Source of the DNA: Octopus vulgaris
Lineage: Eukaryota
Direction of reading: 5' to 3'
Assembly: GCA_951406725.2 (NCBI GenBank)
Contig: OX597826.1
Span: 38,068,001 to 38,132,000, forward strand
DNA: 64,000 nt
Shown: positions 55,555 to 64,000 of the stretch, piece by piece
How positions within the stretch are numbered: the stretch's first letter is position 1
How the letters are laid out: every line of letters begins with the position of its first letter
The notes under the pieces: generated by a model
Told to the model about the DNA's origin: nothing
The model's input: the letters and a program-made list of their open reading frames with translations, nothing else
Database searches by the model: none
Made by a program: the position numbers and the translations under genes

Positions 55555-56275
55555 CATTTGTTTACTGCTCATGCTTCAAAAACCCTGCGAAGAATTCTTT
55601 CAGTTCTAAGCAATACTGACTTTTGTAGGTGTTCTACCTTTACATTTGTACCAATCGTTTTGATCCATGTTGGTAGTGTAGTTGAGTGCTGATACTTCCA
55701 AGTGCACCAATTACTATTGGTAACACGTCTACTCTCCTCATTTACCACAACTTTCGTATTTCCCACTTCAAATCGTCGTAGTTGTTCTGTTTCTTTTCTT
55801 CTTTCTCTTTGATCCTGTTGTCACCGGGACATTCTATATCGATTATCATGCAAGTTATTTTCTTTTTCTTGTTCACCACAACAATGTCAGATTTCCGATG
55901 TCTGATCTGTTGGTCACACTGAATCCTTGCAGGATTGCAGGATTTTGCAATTGTCATTCTCGGTAACTCTTTCTGGGATTTGTTCATACCACTTCTTTGC
56001 TCTTTGTAAGTCGTGATTTCCACAGAACTCCTAATGGCTCCTCCTTGTCACATTCCCATGTCTTTGTAATCGCGTTGTACCAATTTCGGGCATTCGCTTT
56101 CAATGTGCCATACCATTTCAACCCCTCTCACCACACATTCTGCATTTGTCGCTCTCAGTTCTCAATTCTGAACTTCACGTAGTTCGTCCTTAACGCTTGT
56201 TCCTGTACCGCACATATAAAGTGTTTCTGTCTCTATCTTCAGCTCACTCCTCCGCCCCCATAACCACCGTCTTCT
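55555..56275 (-). mobile_element. Third, frameshifted R4-like REL retrotransposon
   Basis: Fragments LKIETET, AVQEQALRTNYVK, CRMCGE, HIESECPKL, RHRKSDIVVV, IIDIECPGD and LQKSVLLRTERILRRV. Confidence 0.85.
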
Positions 56276-56299
56276 ATAATTATTATATTTTTATATCAT

Positions 56300-56522
56300 T
56301 AAGGTGGTGAGCGGGCAGAATCGTTATCGTGCCGAGCAAAATGATTAGCAGCATTTCGTCAGTCTACATGCTCTGAGCTCAAATTCTGCCGAGGTCGACT
56401 TTGCCTTTCATCTTTTCAGAGTCGATGAAATAAGTAGCAGTCATGTAAAAGGGTCGATGTAATCAACTAGCCCCAAGCAACCCTCAAATTTCACACCTTG
56501 TGGCTATAGTAGAAAGGATTAT
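56300..56522 (+). mobile_element. SINE family A
   Basis: AAGGTGGTGAGCGGGCAGAATCGTTA...GAGGTCGACTTTGCCTTTCATC. Confidence 0.85.
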
Positions 56523-56686
56523 TATTTGGGTGAATTAAAAGAGCTGCACCCGGTGTCCCACATACTGGACTCGAACACGGAATGCCGTGACTATGAAACG
56601 AACTCGTAAATCACCCAACTCTCTTTTCCCATCTCTTCTTGCCTTTTCTTTCATCTTTGATTTATAATTCCCAGATTCTTATTAAT

Positions 56687-56730
<44 letters not shown>

Positions 56731-57167
56731 CCTTTCTCTCATACTGACACATATACACATACATACACACATATGCGCATACCCACACACACACACACAC
56801 ATACAATCAAGCACACTCACACATCCCTGCTTCTGGATCTTTCTACAATTTTCACTGCTGACTCAGTTTCTGAACGTTGGCAGTTTGAACAGAAATAATT
56901 TAACAAGTAACATGGCGCTACCTGTCTCGCCTTGTCTCTCTATCTCTCTGTCCCTCTCTGTCAATCTCTCTCTCTCGCTTTCTCTCTCTCGCTTTCTCTC
57001 TCTCGCTTTCTCCATCTCGCTCTCTTTTTCTCCATCTTCCTCCCTCTCTTCCTACACACCCATATATTATATACATATATATACAGACACACAGATATAT
57101 ATAAACACTTATATATATACGCACATATATATACATACATATATATATATTGTATATACATATGTAC

Positions 57168-57200
<33 letters not shown>

Positions 57201-57207
57201 CATACAT

Positions 57208-57268
<61 letters not shown>

Positions 57269-57670
57269 TTTCCCTTGTTTTAGCCTTTTTCTTCTTCCAC
57301 TTTCTTCTGCCTTATTCATAAATGTCCACTTCTGTTTTCTTCTTCTTCTTCTTCTTCTTCTTCTTCCTCCTCCTCCTCCTCCTCTTCTTCTTCCTCCTAC
57401 ACCTACTCCTCTTTCTCTTCTGCAGTTCCTTCGTTTCTCCTTTTCTATCTTCTCCCTTATATTTTACTCTTTACACTCTCTTTCTCCTCACCCTCCTCTC
57501 TTTCTCTCAATCTCTCTATCTCTCCATCTCTCTTTTTCTCTCTTATTTCCTTCATCATCTTCTTCAGCTTGTATCTTCCTCTTCTGTTATAGTCATCATC
57601 ATCATCGTCGTCGCCGTCGTCATCATTATCATCTATCTTTATCGTTTCTTCTTCTTATCATTGTTGTTGC

Positions 57671-57714
<44 letters not shown>

Positions 57715-57931
57715 GACTCCTCCTTCCCACATCTTTATCATCAGCAACACAATCTGATAAATGGAGATAAGTTGAAAAGAAATAAAAGAAAAAAAACGAA
57801 AAGTCTAAAACATTTTGACTTTTAGCCAAAACCGATAAATAGAAATCTAAGACAGATAACGCTGTAAGAAACCTGTTGAATTCCGGAAGATTTTTATATC
57901 CATCCTGAAAAGCTCTGGGAGACCAAGAAAT

Positions 57932-58095
<164 letters not shown>

Positions 58096-58409
58096 AAATC
58101 AAGAAAACAGAATTCTTTTTCTCTTCTTCCTGCCGAAGAAAATATTGTTGCCAAAAAGGAAAAAAGTGAAGAAGAGTTTTTAAAAATAAGGCAAATGAAA
58201 ACAATTCACCCTGAAATATTAAGAGGGGGAAAGATGTGGTTTTGAGTGGGGGAGAGGGGAGGTCAGTAAGTATTTCATAAATGGGAAACTCAAGATCAGA
58301 AATTAACATGGTGACCCGAGGTCAAACTTTATGACCCGAGGTCAAACACTAAATACCAGTTCCGAAACCGAAAATATTTTCTCATGCAGTCAAATTGCTG
58401 AAGCAGAAA

Positions 58410-58463
<54 letters not shown>

Positions 58464-58629
58464 AACGCCCTAATATGCCGTAGAGCTAAGTTGGTCTGTT
58501 GCCAAACTTAATAGACAGTGAAGAACATCACATCGAAATCTATAAAAAAACTCACAGCTGTTACATGGAACACTTTATAAATAGTTTGGTATATTTTATA
58601 TTGCGGTTGTCGTATAAAACACAACCTGA

Positions 58630-58860
58630 TCGCCCTCGAGTACCTTTAGCAAAGTTTGCTATGGTTGTGCCCTTGATCTCTTAACCTTAATAACGACACC
58701 ACTTGACCCTTGGGTACCTTTAGCAGCCTCCACTAGGGTTGTACCCTTTATCTATTTCCAGATTTAACACATGCCTTGGACCTCGGGTTCTTTTAACAAA
58801 CTCCGCTCGAGCGACACCCTTGAGTTATGTTCAGATTTAACACCTTTTCAGCCTTGGTTT
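58630..58860. repeat. Diverged tandem repeat of about 73 bp, 3 copies
   Basis: Recurring CCTYGRGTACCTTTAGCA...GTTGTRCCCTT. Confidence 0.6.
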
Positions 58861-60212
58861 CCCATGATAGATACAAGAATTTTAGTCAGGTCTCTGGTCT
58901 GAAAATAACTTCCTTTCTTCCCAATATCAACCTCAGAAGTCCTTGAAAAAGGCTCCGGGTGCCGCTCTTCTTCCAAGTACTTACAGACATCCTGATATGT
59001 TCCATAAGTACAGTTCTTTCATATATTATTATCAGAGGCGCTGGAGACGGTCTACAGACGCCGCTCTTCCTCCCAACAGTCGCAGACGTTCTGTAAAATA
59101 CCATAGATGCTGCCCTTCATATAACAAGTGCCGGAATCCCCTGAAAAGAGCCCATATTCTCTGTCCATCTTTCTCTCACTGAAGAATTAAAAACATAGAT
59201 TATTCAAATTGACTGAAAACATTCTTAATTAATTCATGATATAGAACAATTACCTATTTAGATAATGGTGGTGGTGGTGGTGGTGGTGGTGGTGGTGGTG
59301 GTGGTGGTGGTGGGTTGGTGGTGGTGGTGGTGGTGGTGGTATTGGTGGTGGTGGTCGTCGTCGTCGTCGTGATCGTCCTCGTTGTCATCATAGCTGTTGT
59401 GGTGGTGATGGTACCAGTGGGATTAATTTTAGGGATTTTTGCTGTCGTTTCTAGATTTCTAGCATGGTGAAAAACCATATGAAGTCTTTCTTTGCTGGCT
59501 CAAAGTTAGTTTGTTCTTGAGGTTGTTAATTAGCCCTATATTAACCCTGATCGGGCAGATTTGTGATGAAGGCGTTCGGTTGTGACCATCCGGCTTTCTT
59601 GTGTATCAGAAACTACATTGTCGAAAATTATTAATTTAGATGGTAGGGTCTGACTGGAGATTTGGCTGTTATTTCTGGAGGATCGAATAACTACATAGAA
59701 ACTTCCTCATTAAATACCGAAAACAGCTGACATACATTGACGACACCTTATGTGCCAGTCAACAGTAGAGCGAGAAGACTAAGGAAAGTTTTTGCTTGAA
59801 AGGTAAATATTTCGAAAGAGTCATAGTATACCACGCCTGCTGTAAAGGTCTGACAGAAAACACATTCAAAATCTGTCTTCCTGCACCAACACAGTAACTC
59901 TTTGCACCGTCAGCTGGAAAAAGCTGCAGCACCATCTAAATGCGTTTTCGAAATCAGAGGATGCAGAAATGAGCTCAGACATCACATGGCCAATCATATC
60001 CAGTACATCACTATACAGAAACAGGTACACGATCCATGACCACTGGCTCACATAAAAACTTTTACGTATCGTGTGTGTGTGTGTGGTGTATGCGTGATAT
60101 TTCAGATCAAATAAACCAGGAGACTAGTTTATAAAACAGAATTTAACACTTTTTAAAATGTAAAATGTATATTTTATTCAAATGACACTCCGACTTGAAA
60201 GCTGATTGATTG

Positions 60213-60288
60213 CTTCACTGTGTTACCTCAGTATCAAGAGAGGTCTAATTCATTTTGACCTCTGATGATACTGTAATAACACTTGGAG
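60213..60288. other. Imperfect hairpin with a stem of about 32 bp (pri-miRNA-like)
   Basis: CTTCA..GTGTTA..CAGTATCA..AGAGGTC, an 11-nt loop, then GACCTCT..TGATACTG..TAACAC..TGGAG. Confidence 0.4.
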
Positions 60289-60345
60289 AACAGCCGACGA
60301 CCTACAAGATCGGAATCTAAATTAATGCATACATATGTGTGCACG

Positions 60346-60399
<54 letters not shown>

Positions 60400-60412
60400 C
60401 ATACATACATAC

Positions 60413-60488
<76 letters not shown>

Positions 60489-60489
60489 G

Positions 60490-60590
60490 GAAAGCCTGCC
60501 ATGTGCTTAGATCGATGACAAGAAAGCCTTTTTATTTGGTCCCGCATGACTGGATTATCAAATTACTGGTATTACATCAAGTTGATGGTA
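60490..60590 (+). pseudogene. Short LINE reverse transcriptase fragment
   Basis: [10 protein letters not shown], preceded in another frame by ..RKAF, resembles the D..KAFD.VPH.W RT motif. Confidence 0.45.
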
Positions 60591-62049
60591 CCTAAGGGAA
60601 ACTCTTTAAATTCAACAGTGAAGAAGATGCCTACACTCGTAACAGTCACCATCAACAACAACAGCAGCAACAACCTGACTGTAAACTCCTTCCTCCTGAG
60701 ATTTGCGTTTCTAAGTGGTACAGGCTCATTGGAAATAATGGATTTTCGCACATTAAATATGACGACATTTTTTATTCAACTGATGTAAAATCCCTTAAGT
60801 GAACTTTTTCTGCATGTTTTGATGCAACCAAATGAATAATTCTGAATAAATTTGACATTAAACTGGATGGAATGGGACAAAATTTCAAATTTATAGCAGG
60901 TATGGGATCAGTGAAAATGTATTTTTGCATTTTAAAAATTTGGGGATTGTTTTTGTTTTTTGTTGTTTTTTTTTTATTCTGGCAAGCGCAGAATCTCGTT
61001 AGTGAAATATTTCGCCATGTTTGGGTGCAACAAAGTGAATAAATTTTAAATAAATTCGCCACCTTCTAGGTTGGACGAAAACACCATATTTTAAATTTCT
61101 TACACGTTCGATGGTGGAAGGAGTGAATTTTCACAGAAGTTTAAAGCATTTTATTCTGAAAGCATTTTTAAAGTGGATGATTTCTGCATGCTTTGATGCA
61201 ACCAATTAAAAATAATTCCGATATTTAAATGGGTCTGAATGGGGCAACAACAGCGACACAAAGGCAAGCGATCAGCACGAGATATATGAAAAGGAACATG
61301 CACAGCTTCTGCGTGTCTTCGTGTTTAAACTGTATCGTACTTTTCTGAAATGATACATCACAACAAAATATCCTACACCAACTCCAATAAAAAAAAGTTT
61401 GGAGGAAGTCAATAACTTAACGAATTTATATTATATATGCCAAGCCTCTCGGTATCAACTGCTTCCAGAAAAATGTTCAGTGGTACTCATATGCACCTTC
61501 AACTCTCTTAGAAAATGATAATGTGATAATTATGTGGAAGCAGACATGAAAATCCACACAAGGCTGACATGATTTTTCACCTTCAAAAACGAAAATAACT
61601 TATCAATACGCCTTGACCACGGTTTTGAACAGTGACAAGAAATTTCACCAACTCTAGATTCGTGGTGAAAGAACATGTCTGTAAATCTATTTTGGAATTA
61701 CTGAACCTAGAATAATTCAGAACCAATTTTATAAGATGCTTAACCAGACGCAGGCGTTCACAACCACATGGTTCCGGGTTCAGTTCGAAATTAAAGATCA
61801 TGTTGAAAATAAACTATGCCGGAATGTCTATACTTACAGAACCTATTATTACGATTTTGTGGAACATTTCTACATCTCTTCTTAGAGGTAACTTGTTAAT
61901 GTCTCTACAGCAATGCCTAAGCACCATTCCAACTGTTTTCATTACAAATCAAATGATTGACACATTTCTTAACTCTTAGAATGGTTTTAGTTTCACAGCT
62001 ACATTAGTATAGTTTCTTATTGTATGTATATGTATGTGTTAATGTATGT

Positions 62050-62163
62050 AAGCGTACACGTGTCTGTGGAGTGCTCAACCACTTGCACATTAATTTCACG
62101 AGCAACCTGTTCCGATGATCGTATCAGCTGGGACCCTCGTCGTCGTAACAGACGGAGTGCTCC
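62050..62163 (+). mobile_element. SINE family C, 3' fragment
   Basis: Matches the reverse complement of 17795-17905. Confidence 0.8.
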
Positions 62164-62867
62164 TCCTCTTATGTAATGTGTATGTATATATGTGTTTATG
62201 TGTATGTACGTACGTGTGTATATATACGTGTATACATTCAGACTTAGGTCTCATAGCAGTACCTAAGAAATTACGAAGCCTTTTTGGAATCAAGACAATT
62301 CCAGACATTCTTAAAGATGTGAATGAGTTCAGGGCTCACGTATGCAGGTGTGACTGTACATATCAGATATACGAAGGTTGGTTTTTCAATTCTACCAGTT
62401 TTCACTAGAGCACTGGGTTACTTACCTACAGAAGTTTTAGGGTTATATAACCTCTTTAATACACAAGTGTAACTGATTGCTCTTTATGTATACAACTGTA
62501 TGTATTATATACGCACGAACTGAAATAAAATCTGTTTGGAATCTTCTGGAAATCTTTACCACGAAGCAACTAGATTTTATCAAATATCGCAACATATGAA
62601 CTTTTGTGGTTCAACGTTCTTTTTTACCCATTTATTTTGTTTTTCTTCTTTGTTTATTTGGGGGGGGGGTTTCTGTTGTTCTATTCATAGATTTGCATAT
62701 GTAGCATCTTCTTCGATGCTTTAAAAGACGACTTAACTGTCGTCGAAAGGAAATATAAATTGAAGCTTATTTACCAAAATGGTGGTCTGTTACTTTTTGT
62801 AAACATCCAATCCGTATATCATTAATCATTATCAACATCGGTCCCTCATTATTGCTAGCTAACTTAC

Positions 62868-63121
62868 AAGAAGTCTTGCAGTGGTTGTTTTAAGAATGAA
62901 TTAATCTTCTCTAGAGACATTTCATTAAGAACAACTTTGAAGTGTTTATATTCTTCGCTTTGCTCATTCAGGACAAACTTACTATGGCGGCTGCTACGAG
63001 AGTCGCTGGCTGCGACGTTTAAAAGGTTGGCTTTCTGCAATCTGTCATAGTAACTGCTATTGGCTGAAGCTAGTCTTTTATCACACGTGATATCATAATT
63101 GCAGTTGGCCTTGGAAGACAT
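62868..63121 (-). CDS. Possible first coding exon of an unidentified host gene
   Basis: 85 codons of ordinary composition, start context ACAATG with an in-frame stop upstream, and the frame runs into a GTAAGT donor. No homology recognised. Confidence 0.35.
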
Positions 63122-63286
63122 TGTTGCTGTACAGCTATTTGGGTATTATTTTCATTTTTAGGAATAAAATCCAGCCAACATGCTTCTTTCATACAACAAA
63201 TATTGTTTAACAGAGCTGTTAAGCTCTGAAATCATTCAACTCAGAATAAAGTCGGTTCCAGTATTATATATATATATATATGTATA

Positions 63287-63325
<39 letters not shown>

Positions 63326-64000
63326 CCAACAGAAGAAATTTTTTTTTTTTATTTAATTATTAGCATAATTATATTGATTGCTTAAGTTATTATTGAGTTC
63401 ATAATTCCAGGAAAAAAGTACTTAGCAAATTTTAATTCTTTCTAAATCTGCTAACGTTTCTGCTAGCTCGCCACCTTATAATTTTGAAATATTAAAAGTA
63501 TGATAACTCATTAATGTGCACTTTTCACGCTTGACGAGTTTCTGTGGTTGTTATTCATATTTTTCTCTACCATTGCGCAAAATTTCACGTGGTGGTCACA
63601 AAAACAAAAAACTAGAGCAATTTTAGATGTCTGCATCCCGGCCTACTACATCTTTAACAATGTTGACACTCTATTGATCGTCACCAATGTTTGCCGATAT
63701 AATATATTTCATGTCACCATGTCCATGAATATTGTTTGGACATGATTCGTTGTATGGTATATTCAAGTTGGAACAAGTGTCCAAGCAATTTTCTATAAAA
63801 AAAAATTTTCGTTGAATGTTATCCAGGAGAATAAAATAAACAATTATTTAACAAGAATGGTAGTAGTATCAAAGTTGGAGACTGCAGTCTTCTGAAAGTC
63901 GGTGGTTAGACTCATACACACAGATACACGCACCTGCATAGATGCATCGTATTCATACACACACACACACACACGTAGGTATGTGTATGTATGTTATTAT

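Noticed and set aside
62240-62408. Plus-strand exon candidate LGLIAVPKKLRSLFG...
   Set aside because: Weak acceptor, no recognisable homology and no partner exons.

Overview
AT-rich, microsatellite-saturated eukaryotic non-coding DNA. The SINE families and the (TA)n/(TACA)n/(AGAT)n/(TAA)n landscape point to an octopus (coleoid cephalopod) genome; this is inferred from recalled repeat sequences, not from a search. Almost all ORFs in the supplied track are microsatellite artefacts. Supported content: (1) a young 5'-truncated R4/Dong-like restriction-like-endonuclease (REL) non-LTR retrotransposon at 53632-55300, flanked by two older REL copies in the same orientation and separated from them by (TAA)n tracts, with further REL fragments at about 44.5 kb and a HERO-like one at about 32 kb; (2) a decayed mariner whose 3' end is replaced by an inverted copy of its 5' end; (3) a Helentron/HINE-like element; (4) many tRNA-derived SINEs from three families, one of them dimeric; (5) Penelope-like remnants, including a GIY-YIG fragment, palindromes and pseudo-LTRs; (6) about nine type-I hammerhead-ribozyme-like motifs of different sequence, several with enlarged stem II; (7) MITE-like hairpins, minisatellites, one pri-miRNA-like hairpin and one possible host coding exon near 63 kb. 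Coordinates were read by eye, and repeat boundaries are approximate.
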